64,000 nt of DNA, taken from NCBI GenBank assembly GCA_965219455.1, contig OZ244744.1, positions 4,608,001 to 4,672,000 of the forward strand. The letters are read 5' to 3'. This DNA comes from Candidatus Latescibacterota bacterium (GTDB lineage: Bacteria; Latescibacterota; UBA2968; GCA-2709665). Made by a program: the position numbers and the translations under genes. The notes under the pieces were generated by a model. It did not search any database and had not been told where the DNA came from. It worked only from the letters and a program-made list of their open reading frames with translations. Position 1 is the first letter of the stretch; each line of letters opens with the position of its first letter. Shown here piece after piece: positions 19,641 to 30,338 of the stretch.

Positions 19641-20444
19641 ATGGCTCAGAGACACTTCTTACTCCCCTGTGTATTCGTGCTCAGCTTCGCATTGCCAGTC
19701 GTTGGCGAAGTCGAAAGCAAGGGACCAAGTATGACACGTGAAGACATTTTCAAAGCCGTCCAATCTCTTTCAAAGGAAAAAGATCTATTCTCTGCCAGCG
19801 AATTTGTACTCGGACTTAAGAATGAAGCAGAAATTGTTGGGGCTTACAGCAACCTTGTTCTCGACTGCTACCAGAAGGCCAAATCCACGGAGCAGGTGCT
19901 TCACTTTGCAAATGCCGGCATCCACTACTGCCTGGCTCGAGCATCAACGTACGATGGAAAGGATGATGATGCGGCAAAAAAGCTTCGATTTGCTGCCAAG
20001 AGGATGGCGACGAACGCAGCATCTTCTACCTGGACCGGCTGGGAGGAGCCCGGGGTGACGATTTTTCCAGACCAGATGCGACAGGGTCTTGCAATGGCCC
20101 GATATAGCGTTCGGCAATTGCACGAGCTCGATCCGAGCGCTGCTCAGCTGGCGTTCACTTACTGGTTTCTCGGCGTACAACTCATTGCTCAGGAGTCACA
20201 TGGGGAAGCCCTTTTAGTCCTGGTACATGCTCGCGATTACAGCAAGGCGCACGGCACCAGCCCTGATGAACTAGCCATGTTAGAGGGCTATATCGGGCTG
20301 ACAAGGATCCTGAATGGCGAAAAAGACGTCGGCGAATCGGAGTTCGGCTCCTCAGTCTCGGCCCTGGAATCACGCGAGAACCAGGATGCCAAGTTTTATG
20401 CGAAGCAGCTACTGAGTGTACGTGCCTTCTTTGTGAAACAGTAA
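19641..20444 (+). CDS. Hypothetical secreted helical (TPR-like) protein
   Basis: RBS aggagg, signal peptide, NAASSTWTGWEE. Confidence 0.7.
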   Translation: MAQRHFLLPCVFVLSFALPVVGEVESKGPSMTREDIFKAVQSLSKEKDLFSASEFVLGLKNEAEIVGAYSNLVLDCYQKAKSTEQVLHFANAGIHYCLARASTYDGKDDDAAKKLRFAAKRMATNAASSTWTGWEEPGVTIFPDQMRQGLAMARYSVRQLHELDPSAAQLAFTYWFLGVQLIAQESHGEALLVLVHARDYSKAHGTSPDELAMLEGYIGLTRILNGEKDVGESEFGSSVSALESRENQDAKFYAKQLLSVRAFFVKQ

Positions 20445-20497
20445 AAAGCAGGACGACGATCGCTTCTTCGATCTTTCGGCTGGAAAAACAACACGGC

Positions 20498-20581
20498 TCT
20501 TAACACGAGCACCCACGGCTTCGGGGCTTCGCCCCTACGCGCAACCGCTACGCGGGTTCGTGGGTGCCAAGAACGTTATGT
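20498..20581 (+). repeat. attC site
   Basis: R'' TCTTAAC, GCACCCACG/CGTGGGTGC stem, R' GTTATGT. Confidence 0.85.
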
Positions 20582-20657
20582 GCCCTGGCATTTTTTGACT
20601 GAGCATGCAGGAGAGCGGGGACACAGCAGAACCATTGAGACATTGTGGAGACCCGGA

Positions 20658-20831
20658 ATGGACGATCGTGCGTTTTCAGAGATTCGGGATATGCTGGATC
20701 AAGGGATTGCCATCGAGGAGACGCGGGAGCAGGTTAGCCAGGGTTTTCGGGATGTGGCCGACGCGCTGACCGACTATCATCAGGCTCTCGATGCGATGCG
20801 ACAGTGGCAGCAGTATTACAATCACCAGTGA
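20658..20831 (+). CDS. Small hypothetical protein or gene remnant
   Basis: Short ORF just after attC, GGAG upstream. Confidence 0.35.
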   Translation: MDDRAFSEIRDMLDQGIAIEETREQVSQGFRDVADALTDYHQALDAMRQWQQYYNHQ

Positions 20832-21107
20832 CCGCATTAGACGATTCAGTATCTCTGTCCGATCGACTATTGCCGCGGCGATCCTGCTTCTCGTACCGCA
20901 CAACGCGACCAGAAACTCGTGCAGGGCGCCCAACGTCGCAGGATGTATTGGCAAACCAAATCCGAAATCTCAACCTTACAAACCTCTCACATCCAAAAAC
21001 ACGCCGATTGTCTCACTTTGAAATAGGCAAAACACGTTGTCTCTTGTCGTGTAATTGAAAACTGCATGACCCTGTGTCAGGTATGTCATATTGGGAGCAC
21101 TTTGATT

Positions 21108-21554
21108 ATGGTTGAAATCTCCGTACGACTTGCCACCGATACCGACATGGACTGGTGCAAATATACCCTGACACTCGACTCCGGCTACCCAACTCATCAG
21201 CTCCCCGGTCTGAGTGAGTTGATCGTAGCTGAATCAGATGGCCAATTGGTAGGCGTGTTACACCTTGCGCATTTGTGGCCAGGCCAACAAGGAGGGACCC
21301 CATATATCAGCGGAATCATCGTGATCACGGAATATCAACGCAGAGGAGTTGGAAAGGCGCTTTTAGGTTTTCTGGAGCGTCTTTTGAAAGAACGAGGTCA
21401 GAGGGTTCTGCTGAGCTCGTGTGTTATCAACGAGCATGTACCTCAATCCTGGCATAGGCACGTGGGCTTCAAGAACTGTGGGAATCTGGAGGGAATTCCC
21501 TTTGATGATGAATTGGGAGAGGTGTTCTTCTACAAGCGACTGGATCCGGGGTGA
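21108..21554 (+). CDS. GNAT N-acetyltransferase
   Basis: YQRRGVGKAL, WHRHVGF. Confidence 0.85.
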   Translation: MVEISVRLATDTDMDWCKYTLTLDSGYPTHQLPGLSELIVAESDGQLVGVLHLAHLWPGQQGGTPYISGIIVITEYQRRGVGKALLGFLERLLKERGQRVLLSSCVINEHVPQSWHRHVGFKNCGNLEGIPFDDELGEVFFYKRLDPG

Positions 21555-21555
21555 A

Positions 21556-21711
21556 TTCTCTTGAGGCGATCCTGCCAATTATGTCGCTTCACACTCCTGG
21601 CGCATTCAGGGATATCGCAGACCAGAGTGGCGGGTTAAGGCACGTTTCCACGACGCACATTACGAGCCCATGCGGGAAGCCGTTCTGTGAAATTACCCTT
21701 CAAAGGGCATA
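21556..21711 (+). pseudogene. 3' fragment of a paralogue of the 12438-13061 methyltransferase
   Basis: Nucleotide similarity to 12905-13061 (GCGATCCTGCCAAT...AAGCCGTTCTGTGAAAT). Confidence 0.85.
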
Positions 21712-21806
21712 AGAATCTGTCGTAACTCGATTGATTGTTGCATCCTAATCCGTGGCGAACGTGTACAGACGATCTATAGCGTAGATCATTCAGCTCGGAG
21801 AGTGAT

Positions 21807-23048
21807 ATGAACGGGCGAATCCGTATCCTACTGTTGTTGGCAGCACTGTTGTTGAGCGGGGCAACAATCGACGCGAACGAAAATCCAACCTTGAATACCA
21901 ACGTGGAAGAGATCGTAACCGAGGTTGCTCCCGGATTGGTTCGGACGCACATTTCCGCGGACTCGACCAGCGAGGGTCTTCCCCAGAATATTCACGTGGC
22001 GCAGATGGACCTGCGGAAGTACCGATTGAAGTTGGTTATGGCGATGAATCAGATCATCGGGCAGGAGGCGACAAGCGACATCGCGAGGAGATACAACGCG
22101 CTTGTGGCCGTTAATGCGGGATACTCGTTTTCGAACAACCCATGGAACATTTTTCACGGCGACCCAAGCGAATTCTTTGTTCTGGATGGGAAGATCCTTA
22201 GCGAACCAAGAACGCCCGGTCGCAGGAGCGTTGGAATCTGCACGAGGAACGACAGGCAGACCATGATCGTCGCGGAACCACTGCTAAGTGTAGCGGTTGC
22301 AATGGATGGGAGGGAAGAAAACGAGGTGACCGGGATCAACCGGAGACGAAATGAAGTCCGAGGCTGGGATAAAGATGGGGAGGAAAAAGAGGAACTCGAC
22401 AAAAACGACCTCATCCTCTATACACCTGAGTGGAACCGAAGTACATTAACCGACCAGGCGGGTGTCGAGGTGATCGTGCGGGAAGATACGGTTTCAGCCA
22501 TCCACGTGAATGTGGGATCCAGCCTAATCCCCTCCGACGGATACGTCCTTTCCGGATCGGGCAGGTACGCAGCCTGGTTGAAACAGCACGCCCGTGTGGG
22601 CTCAAAGGCGAAGATCAGCCATCAGCCGACCTCCCGAGAAAATCCTGGGAGCCCCCTTCCTCTGGAAGACTGCAGCTATACGAGTGCTGGAACGCTGCTG
22701 ATCCGAGATGGTCGGCGGTTTACTGAGTACGCGAGTGAGGCCTTTGAACCCTGGTTCTTTGATGGAAGACATCCAAGGACGGCAATTGGCATATCGGAGG
22801 ACGGAAACACGCTGTGGCTGATAGTCGCTGATGGTCGTCAGCCCAGTCTGGCCATGGGGATGACCCTACCGGAACTCTCGGATCTCCTTGCAGACCTTGG
22901 CGCGCACAATGCCTATAACCTGGACGGAGGGGGATCCAGCACGATGGTGGTTCGGGGGGAGGTGGTGAACAGTTACTCGGACATTCACCGGGGTGGCGTA
23001 CGCAAGGAACGCCGCCGATGCGATGCAATATTGGTGTTTCCACGATAG
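21807..23048 (+). CDS. Secreted phosphodiester glycosidase (NAGPA/DUF2233) family protein
   Basis: Signal peptide, AVNAGY, HPRTAIG, VADGRQ, AYNLDGGGSSTM. Confidence 0.9.
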   Translation: MNGRIRILLLLAALLLSGATIDANENPTLNTNVEEIVTEVAPGLVRTHISADSTSEGLPQNIHVAQMDLRKYRLKLVMAMNQIIGQEATSDIARRYNALVAVNAGYSFSNNPWNIFHGDPSEFFVLDGKILSEPRTPGRRSVGICTRNDRQTMIVAEPLLSVAVAMDGREENEVTGINRRRNEVRGWDKDGEEKEELDKNDLILYTPEWNRSTLTDQAGVEVIVREDTVSAIHVNVGSSLIPSDGYVLSGSGRYAAWLKQHARVGSKAKISHQPTSRENPGSPLPLEDCSYTSAGTLLIRDGRRFTEYASEAFEPWFFDGRHPRTAIGISEDGNTLWLIVADGRQPSLAMGMTLPELSDLLADLGAHNAYNLDGGGSSTMVVRGEVVNSYSDIHRGGVRKERRRCDAILVFPR

Positions 23049-23283
23049 ACAAATGGACAGCCCGGCCTGCCACAACCGCTCCGCGGTTTCGGGCACGGCG
23101 ATATGTTTTGCGAAACTGGCGCAAGAGCGAAACCCAACGTCCCCAGCCCGATAACGCCCAAGACCCCAATCCCTGCCCTCACCGAACCAGCTACCATGAA
23201 GTTGTTCTCGTTGAGGATTGTCCTGAAGATGCGATTATCTCCATACTGAGTGTTTTCTGAGAGTCCAGGTTAAGGATATTGAC

Positions 23284-23823
23284 GTGCTGGAATTGAAACC
23301 TTTCGCAAGAGACGATTTTGAACGTCTGATCAATTGGATCCCTTCTCCGGAGCTTCTATTGCAGTGGGGAGGTCCGAGCTTTACTTATCCGTTGGATAAA
23401 ACACAGCTTGAAATGTACATTCGGGAGTCGGAAGGTCATCGGCCTAAAAGGAAGATTTTCAAGTCGGTGGATACCGCTTCCGATTCAGTTATTGGTCATA
23501 TTGAACTTAGCGGCATTGATCTACAGAACAAAAGTGCGAGAGTTTGCCGTGTTTTGGTTGGCGATCCATCCTATAGAGGGAAAGGAATTGGCACTCAGAT
23601 GATGAAGCAAATCCTGGCCCTGGGATTCAATCAGTACGGTTTGCATCGCATCGATTTGGTTGTGTTTGACTTCAATACGTCCGCTATCAAATGCTACGAG
23701 AAGCTTGGCTTCGTAAAAGAAGGGTGTTTCAGAGAATGTCGCAAGATAGGCGACGAATACTGGAGTCTTTATCAGATGAGCATCTTGGAATCTGAGTGGA
23801 GAACATCACTGGCCGAGTCTTGA
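23284..23823 (+). CDS. GNAT (RimJ/RimL-like) acetyltransferase
   Basis: YRGKGIG, FNTSAIKCYEKLGF. Confidence 0.9.
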   Translation: MLELKPFARDDFERLINWIPSPELLLQWGGPSFTYPLDKTQLEMYIRESEGHRPKRKIFKSVDTASDSVIGHIELSGIDLQNKSARVCRVLVGDPSYRGKGIGTQMMKQILALGFNQYGLHRIDLVVFDFNTSAIKCYEKLGFVKEGCFRECRKIGDEYWSLYQMSILESEWRTSLAES

Positions 23824-23976
23824 AGGAGAATCGGTTGCACTTATTCTCCGGTCACATCCGGTGAACTCAAGAATTGTCCAATTGTAAAGTCAAATCGCCT
23901 TTGTTCTTCTGGGCAAATTCAAACTAACCTCGCCGAAATATGCCGAATCAAGGCTAACGCCTTGAGAGGCTTCTGA

Positions 23977-24879
23977 ATGATCAGATACGAGAGCCGTCCA
24001 ATTATCGTGCTGGGGGTAGAGCGCAGCGGGACCTCTGTCGCTGCCGAGATGGTACATAGATGGGGCGCCTATGCTGGCGCTTCCGAAAGGCTGCACGAAG
24101 CTGATACCCATGCGCCCAGAGGATATTGGGAATATCTGCCGTTATGGGATTTTCTGGCCGAGTTAGGTGACTTTGCTTCCGGAGCGACGTGGTGGGACCG
24201 TGACTTCCAGCAGCGAATAGAAGACAAAGCCACTGAACCAGGGTACAGAATTAAAGCCGTTGAACTGATGTCAGAAATGCATAACGGTGGTCCCTTTTTC
24301 TGGAAGGACCCTGCGCTCGCCCATTTTTTGCCGTTTTGGAAACAGATATGGGAAGAGGCGGTTTATGTAATCACGATTCGCAACCCTCTCGATGCAGCAG
24401 TGTCGTGGCAGAAGTTCATTATGCCGTCCAATGTGAAGGTTCGAGTCTCTTTTGTCGCGTTGAATTTGCTGCGTTGGCAGCGCATGATGACACTGATACT
24501 GCATCACACAGAAGATTCGGCGCACCGGATCTTTCTTGGCTACGAAGACATCATGCTCAAACCACGCGAGCAGGCCAGGAGATTATCAGAATTCCTGAAC
24601 TTGAAGTTTGAGAACCGCCCTTCAAGAATTCAGGCGATGGTTGAGGCAGTTGACCCTCGACTGTGGCGGAATTATTGCAGGATCCCCTTTGAGGAAGTGC
24701 CTGAAGCTACAGATCAACAGAAAGCGCTCTATATCTTTGCAAGGCAGAAAATCATCAATCCATTCGAGCACTTCGACATCGCAGAGTACCCACTCCCGCC
24801 TGGGCATCTTGAGTTCCTGAACGTTCAAGAGGCTCTTCTGAAAGCCTGTCGTGACCTTGAAACGCCAACGAACGCATAA
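23977..24879 (+). CDS. Sulfotransferase family protein
   Basis: VLGVERSGTS, WKDP, RNPLDAAVS. Confidence 0.85.
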   Translation: MIRYESRPIIVLGVERSGTSVAAEMVHRWGAYAGASERLHEADTHAPRGYWEYLPLWDFLAELGDFASGATWWDRDFQQRIEDKATEPGYRIKAVELMSEMHNGGPFFWKDPALAHFLPFWKQIWEEAVYVITIRNPLDAAVSWQKFIMPSNVKVRVSFVALNLLRWQRMMTLILHHTEDSAHRIFLGYEDIMLKPREQARRLSEFLNLKFENRPSRIQAMVEAVDPRLWRNYCRIPFEEVPEATDQQKALYIFARQKIINPFEHFDIAEYPLPPGHLEFLNVQEALLKACRDLETPTNA

Positions 24880-24953
24880 CTCCGTGCCCCGCGTCGGCGC
24901 AGGGACACCTTAGTTTAACCGCTGCGCGATTCGGTGGCACTGCGACGTTTTAA
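24874..24953 (+). repeat. attC site
   Basis: R'' GCATAAC overlapping stop, GTGCC/GGCAC stem, R' GTTTTAA. Confidence 0.7.
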
Positions 24954-24995
24954 ACTAACGGCAATAAACCGAAGCCTGGCAGTTCGTCGAGAGAT

Positions 24996-25208
24996 ATGGG
25001 AATGGTTGTCCTGGTTACCGGCGCCTTCGGAAAAGCTGCCTTCTCCATCGTAGAGGCACTAAACGAAGGTGGCCACGTTGTTAGAGGATTCGATCTGCCA
25101 GAAACGGACTGTCCCGATTGCACGAGACGTAATCTGAAAAAAACCATACTGGGGAGGGTAGAGAATTTCGGAGAGGTCGAAGTCGCCATCCGCCTGAATA
25201 ATGCATGA
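24996..25208 (+). pseudogene. NAD-dependent epimerase N-terminal remnant
   Basis: VLVTGAFGKAA...GHVVRGFD, truncated. Confidence 0.65.
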
Positions 25209-25292
25209 ACTGTCACGGATTGCGGTTTCACGAAGCAGAGACAGCTTCCGAGCGAATCCCAATGTATAATCCATTCTGGATTTGAATTGTTC

Positions 25293-25552
25293 AAAACAGA
25301 CGAGACCTACCCCCTATCCCCCTTCCTGAGAGGAAGGGGGAACTGTGTTCGGTTGATGAACGATTGGATAGGATGAAGAGGTCTCGATTGATGAAAAAAT
25401 CCGGGCGAAATATCGTGATTGGTCGGCGAGTTGCGCTTGGAAAGTGACGAGATGGCGTTCTCCAATCAATCAGAGTTTATATGATACAGCATTTACGCAA
25501 CGCTTGGATCAACTCCCCCTCTCCTCGCAGGAGAGGGGGCTGGGGGGAGAGG
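25293..25552 (+). mobile_element. Hairpin-flanked mini-element (DUF559-derived), copy A
   Basis: CCCCCTTCCTGAGAGGAAGGGGG and CCCCCTCTCCTCGCAGGAGAGGGGG hairpins; homologous to inverted 45303-45565. Confidence 0.7.
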
Positions 25553-25632
25553 TTCGTGCAGGTTAAACGCTTGCACCAGGAACCCGCAGCCTTTGGAGCC
25601 GAGCACAATAATAACACAGGAGGTGGAGAGCG

Positions 25633-26028
25633 ATGGCCCGAGAGATCATTCATCCGGCGAGTGTCCACTCGACGGCGGGGGTGGGTTACTCTCACGTAGC
25701 GAAGGCCGGCGACACGGTCTACATCGCCGGTCAGATTGCGCTGGACGCGGACGGCGCTCTGGTAGGGAGAGGCGATATCGAGGCGCAGACTCAACAGGTC
25801 TACGCGAATCTTCAGGCCATCCTGGAGGAACTCGGAGGTGGTCTGAAAGACATCGTCAAGTTAACCACTTATCTGACCGAACGCAGCCATCTGGAGGCCT
25901 TTCGTCGTGTCCGAAACCGCTTTTTCAGTGACGCTTTCCCCCCGAACACGCTGTTGTTCGTCAGCGGCCTCGCTCATCCCGATTACCTCGTTGAGATTGA
26001 AGCCGTAGCATTCCTTCCAGGCAGTTAA
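25633..26028 (+). CDS. RidA/YjgF family protein
   Basis: GYSHVAKAGDTVYIAGQI, PPNTL, LVEIEAVA. Confidence 0.92.
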   Translation: MAREIIHPASVHSTAGVGYSHVAKAGDTVYIAGQIALDADGALVGRGDIEAQTQQVYANLQAILEELGGGLKDIVKLTTYLTERSHLEAFRRVRNRFFSDAFPPNTLLFVSGLAHPDYLVEIEAVAFLPGS

Positions 26029-26049
26029 AACGATTGGTGGATTAAAGAT

Positions 26050-26994
26050 ATGGACACTTTGGCGATTGCTCCCTGGAACGACGAAGATCTGGAGCCGGTG
26101 ATCGACCTCTGGCAGCGGGTGTTTGCAGACCGGAAATATGATTTCCATATGGATGAAGCGGGGTTTCGGCAGCGCGTCTTGGCTCATCCGGATTTTGATC
26201 CGGAGGGGGCGTTAATTGCACGGATGGACGCAAGGGTTGTCGGGTTTGTTCTGGCGGTGGCGCCAGGACCAGGGGAGACGGGCTACCTGAGCGTGTTGAT
26301 GGTGGATTCCGGTTTTAGGCAAAAGGGGATTGGGGGCATGCTCCTGGATGCAGCGGACGGATATCTGGCGGGTCGCGAAAAGAGCGAGATGCGGATCGGT
26401 TACAAGGGCAATCCAATCTCATTTGCAACAGGTGTCGACATGAAGACGCCGGCCTACACGTTTTTCCTGAATCGCGGATTCCGCAACCGCGGGTCGGCGA
26501 GTCTGTTTATGGAAACGACGTTTGCGGAGTTTGAGCTTCGGGAGGAGATCGAAGGATACATTGAAAATAACCGATCTCGAGGCATCCTGTTCGGGATGTG
26601 CGAAGCCGGACATCGGGAGGCGCTGTGTGGGTTTATGAAGGCACTGTTCCCGGGCGGTTGGGAGGCTTCTGTGAAAGGATGTATGGACGGAGATCCACCA
26701 TATCCCGTGCTGATCGCCACGGACGGGCCGACAGTGGTGGGTTTCGCCGGGCCGGCCCACGTGGGCAAGGATGGAAGCGGCGGCTTTACCGGGATCGGGA
26801 CACATCCGCACTACCGGCGGGGCAAGATCGGTACGGTGCTGTTCAACCTGATGTGCGCGGAGTTCAAGAAAGGTGGTGTGGCACGCAACACGCTCCATAC
26901 GGGACTGAATAATCCGGCTCAGGAGATCTATTTCGGCGCCGGGTATCGTGTGCGGCAGTTGGTGGATTATGGTCTGGTAAAACGCTTGGGGTAA
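26050..26994 (+). CDS. Tandem GNAT acetyltransferase
   Basis: FRQKGIG and YRRGKIG motif A in two domains. Confidence 0.85.
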   Translation: MDTLAIAPWNDEDLEPVIDLWQRVFADRKYDFHMDEAGFRQRVLAHPDFDPEGALIARMDARVVGFVLAVAPGPGETGYLSVLMVDSGFRQKGIGGMLLDAADGYLAGREKSEMRIGYKGNPISFATGVDMKTPAYTFFLNRGFRNRGSASLFMETTFAEFELREEIEGYIENNRSRGILFGMCEAGHREALCGFMKALFPGGWEASVKGCMDGDPPYPVLIATDGPTVVGFAGPAHVGKDGSGGFTGIGTHPHYRRGKIGTVLFNLMCAEFKKGGVARNTLHTGLNNPAQEIYFGAGYRVRQLVDYGLVKRLG

Positions 26995-27212
26995 TATGGT
27001 TTCACTCAGAGGAGTTGCATTCGTTGAGACGTTGGAGGATATATGCCTTCTGTGGCGTTTTTTTGACGTAAATCTTTGTTTTAATAAAGTTATAGTATAT
27101 ACAACAGGCTTAATGGGGACGGTGCAGGGGCGCCTCACATGGTGGATCGAGATGCCCGGCCTTTCGGCCAGTAACGGGCCGCTCCACCTCCCATAACCCT
27201 TCGGATGAAAAA

Positions 27213-27683
27213 GTGCACAGAAACTGTCCGTTTTCCGGTGGGTGTCGGTGCGGAGATGCGCGTTACGGACTTCGGAACCCGCCTCTCTTCGTTCATGCAT
27301 GTCATTGCCTTGACTGTCAGAAAGCTTCGGGTTCTGCCTTCGGGATTACAACCATTGTCCTGGAGAGCGATCTCACGTACGATCAGGGGAAAATTGTCGC
27401 GAAGCCTGTCGCGTCGCATCGAACGACGTTCGTCTGCGAATCCTGCGAGGATGTAATCTACAGGACTGTTGCTCATCACCCTGGCACCGCGCTACTCAGG
27501 TCGCAGACGTTGGACGACATGAGGGAACTTGAGATAAATGCGCACATCTGGACCAAAGAAAAGCACGCCTGGCTCGAGCTGCCGGCACATATTCCTCAGT
27601 TTGAAGAAGGATACGACAGGAACAAGGTCTGGCCTCAAGAGAGCCTGGACCGACTGGGCAATGAACTGCGAAAAACAACCTGA
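27213..27683 (+). CDS. GFA (CENP-V) family protein
   Basis: GGCRCG, CHCLDCQKASG, CESC, AHIWT. Confidence 0.9.
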   Translation: MHRNCPFSGGCRCGDARYGLRNPPLFVHACHCLDCQKASGSAFGITTIVLESDLTYDQGKIVAKPVASHRTTFVCESCEDVIYRTVAHHPGTALLRSQTLDDMRELEINAHIWTKEKHAWLELPAHIPQFEEGYDRNKVWPQESLDRLGNELRKTT

Positions 27684-27894
27684 ATCGCCGGAGTCGGCGG
27701 GCTGCACAGGCCGCCAACCCGACGGTGCGCGGCTCGGTACATTCGCACCCTCGCCCCACTGTCCTCGGCAGCGCACGCACTGCGGTAATGTTCGATGACA
27801 CGGACTAAGCGAGTTGGGAAAACGAAATGCGGGCCATTCTTTTCAATCCATATGAAACGTTGAAAACGGAATACAATCCTGATCGACACAGTTT

Positions 27895-28000
27895 GCGCTT
27901 CGACACCCCTCGACAAGCTCATAGCAAGGATCAGAGAACTGGCTCCGGGTGCCGGCTTACCGGCCGAGCTCGGGGTTCGCAAACCGTGGAAACGTTATGG
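27895..28000 (+). repeat. attC 3' part with REP-like insert
   Basis: CTCGACAAGCTCA; GGGTTCGCAAACCGTGGAAAC-GTTATGG. Confidence 0.65.
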
Positions 28001-28042
28001 GCATGCCGTAAAAATTGAATCTGATTCACGAATACTTACTCT

Positions 28043-28375
28043 ATGAAGTTGCCTAACGGAATAAATGCGGCCATCCCTACCGAGAAAGTCAAGCAATATC
28101 TGCTTTCCGATGTACATGCCGTAGGTCGAGCAAAAGCGAAATTCTTCCGTGGTTTTGGGTATGGGCAGGAGGACCCCTCTGTCATCAAAGCTGATTTAGC
28201 ATCCATTGCGCGAAATGAGTAAGTCTCCGAAGCCATAGAGACACGTCATGGCACCAAGTATATCTTGGATGGTCGTGTGAAAACCCCATCGGGTTCGAGT
28301 GTTCGGATTCGGATGGTCTGGATAGTAGAATCTGGTTCAGATAGGCCTCGTCTGGTGACAGCCTATCCAGCTTGA
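28043..28375 (+). pseudogene. DUF6883 putative toxin with internal stop
   Basis: MKLPN...YLLS..H..GRAKAKFF...GF...PRLVTAYP; in-frame TAA at 28220. Confidence 0.8.
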
Positions 28376-28390
28376 TCAAGGAGGATTGAA

Positions 28391-28624
28391 ATGACTGAAT
28401 TGGATATGGTGGTTCTCAAGGAGTCGATTGTAGAGCACGGTCTGGTGGCCGGAGATGTGGGCACGGTGGTACATAGATATGCGGACGACGAGGCGTCGGA
28501 GGTAGAGTTCGTGGATACTCAGGGCACCACCATTGCAGTTCTGACTCTGGAAGATTCAGCAGTACGCCCTCCCCTGGCGGGTGAGATCTTACATGTTAGA
28601 GACGTGTCACCTGCCACCTCCTGA
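28391..28624 (+). CDS. DUF4926 protein (putative antitoxin/immunity)
   Basis: ELDMVVL, GLVAGDVGTVVH, EVEF. Confidence 0.9.
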   Translation: MTELDMVVLKESIVEHGLVAGDVGTVVHRYADDEASEVEFVDTQGTTIAVLTLEDSAVRPPLAGEILHVRDVSPATS

Positions 28625-28655
28625 ATTTTCAATGAGCGCTATTGCGTGCCACGGT

Positions 28656-28748
28656 CCATAACAACACAGTGTTGCGCTGCGGCGGCTTTTTCCGCCCCGG
28701 TCTTCGACAACCCTCTGCGCGGGTTCGCAGCCCACGGGAACGGACGGC
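28656..28748 (+). repeat. attC site
   Basis: R'' CCATAAC, GTGTTGCGCTGCG, CAACCCTCTGCGCGGGTTCGCA; R' degenerate. Confidence 0.75.
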
Positions 28749-28861
28749 GCAGGATTTCGAGCATCGCACGTTCCTTCCTTGTCCGCATTTCTGTTACCCT
28801 GGTCGTCGCAGTCGTTGCGCTCGAAACGCCCGGCGCGAACCCGATAGAGGAGAAGAAAATA

Positions 28862-29932
28862 GTGTCCGAATCGAAGCGCGAGCATCTGAGCAAGGTTCTG
28901 GACGTCGAAAGGACGCGTGTCTGGACCCGTATCATCAGCGCGTTTCACGACATGCTTCGGGCGCCGGGTCAAACGGAATGGTCGCCCGCGCGGCTTCAAG
29001 GCGTGCTGGGCAATGCCTTCAGTTTCGAAATGAAGAAAGGCGGCGGGGACGTCTGGCAGGAGGGGAACCTGGACTGGTGGCTGGTCTTCGAGACCCGCCC
29101 GGAAGAGGAACTGGGCTGCCGAATTCAGCGCTTTCAGACGCGCCAGGGGGATACGGACCCCGACGAAAGCAGGAAGATCAAGGCTGCCGCCTGGGACGCC
29201 GTTCGGGCAAGCATCGACCGCGGGATACCGGCGGCTGCGTGGGCCCCTATGTATCCAAAAGAGGACCCAGCCCGCGATTGGGGTCTCCTGGTGGGTTACG
29301 ACGAGGCGGACGAATCCTACATCGTTCGCCGTCGCGGCGGGGAATTCGGTGTTCGCTACGACGCGATCGGAGACGTCGGCCCTCCCGAAGATTTTTGTGT
29401 GCTCGTCTACGATGGATCGGAGCAGGTGGACGTGCCGAGCACCCACGTCAAGGCACTAAGGAACGCGGTCGCGTTTGCGAACGGGACTCGATACGATACG
29501 GACAAAGCCCCAATCAAAGTGGCTGCTCGGGGCCTCGCCGCCTTCGAACTCTGGCGGGACGCCATCGCATCGGGAGCGAGTCCCGATCCCGGTCAGCGGC
29601 ATCCGAGGAGCCACGGAATCGTTAAGGATACTCAAAGCCACGCAGGAGTACTGACGTCACTCCGCGGATACGCCGCTGCTTATCTGCGGGACCTCACCGA
29701 TGTATTCCCGGTGGCCGCCTCCGAACTCGAATCAGCAGCCGGTCACTACGATCGCGTCGCCGAAGCGTCTGGTAAGCTCTATTCGGTCTGCGAGCGCTCC
29801 AGGGATGCGGACGAATTTACCGATGACGCGCGCGCCGAGGTGAGCAGGCTCATTTCGACCGCGCTCCAGGCGGAACGAGACGCAATTGCCAGTGTCAAGG
29901 CGGCACTCGCGCTTATCGAAGCGACCGAGTAG
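28862..29932 (+). CDS. Hypothetical protein, BtrH/C39-like fold suspected
   Basis: SIDRGIPA, DWGLLVGYDE, GLAAFELW; start uncertain. Confidence 0.6.
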   Translation: MSESKREHLSKVLDVERTRVWTRIISAFHDMLRAPGQTEWSPARLQGVLGNAFSFEMKKGGGDVWQEGNLDWWLVFETRPEEELGCRIQRFQTRQGDTDPDESRKIKAAAWDAVRASIDRGIPAAAWAPMYPKEDPARDWGLLVGYDEADESYIVRRRGGEFGVRYDAIGDVGPPEDFCVLVYDGSEQVDVPSTHVKALRNAVAFANGTRYDTDKAPIKVAARGLAAFELWRDAIASGASPDPGQRHPRSHGIVKDTQSHAGVLTSLRGYAAAYLRDLTDVFPVAASELESAAGHYDRVAEASGKLYSVCERSRDADEFTDDARAEVSRLISTALQAERDAIASVKAALALIEATE

Positions 29933-30246
29933 GTGCAATCGCATAGAAATTGTAGGTATCTGCACGTGGCACGCCCGCCAACATGACCGCGCGGCGGAAA
30001 CGTCAGCGTATATGTATAACGCCTATAGGTCGAATAAAGACCTGGGTTGGAAGAATAGCCAGAAGATCCCACGATCACTGCTTATTTAGATGACCATCTC
30101 CTGGAAACAACCTGTTCGTCTATGCGGCTGCTACGCCGCCACGGTCTTCCGTAAACCTGGATGGCGCCACGCAAGGTGATCTGAAGACGGTCCAATTGCA
30201 ATTAGATGGTAGTTCAGGTCTTCTGATCGAGGAAGACAAAAAACTC

Positions 30247-30284
30247 CAATACTAATTGCAACGGTATTGAATAGTGGCTATCTT
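30247..30284 (+). promoter_or_regulatory. Candidate hicBA promoter/operator
   Basis: TTGCAA-17-TATCTT with CAATAC...GTATTG inverted repeat spanning -35. Confidence 0.5.
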
Positions 30285-30338
30285 TGATGCGTTGGAAAGC
30301 ATCTTTGGAGGGAATAGTCGATAGTCGGGGACAGCGAA

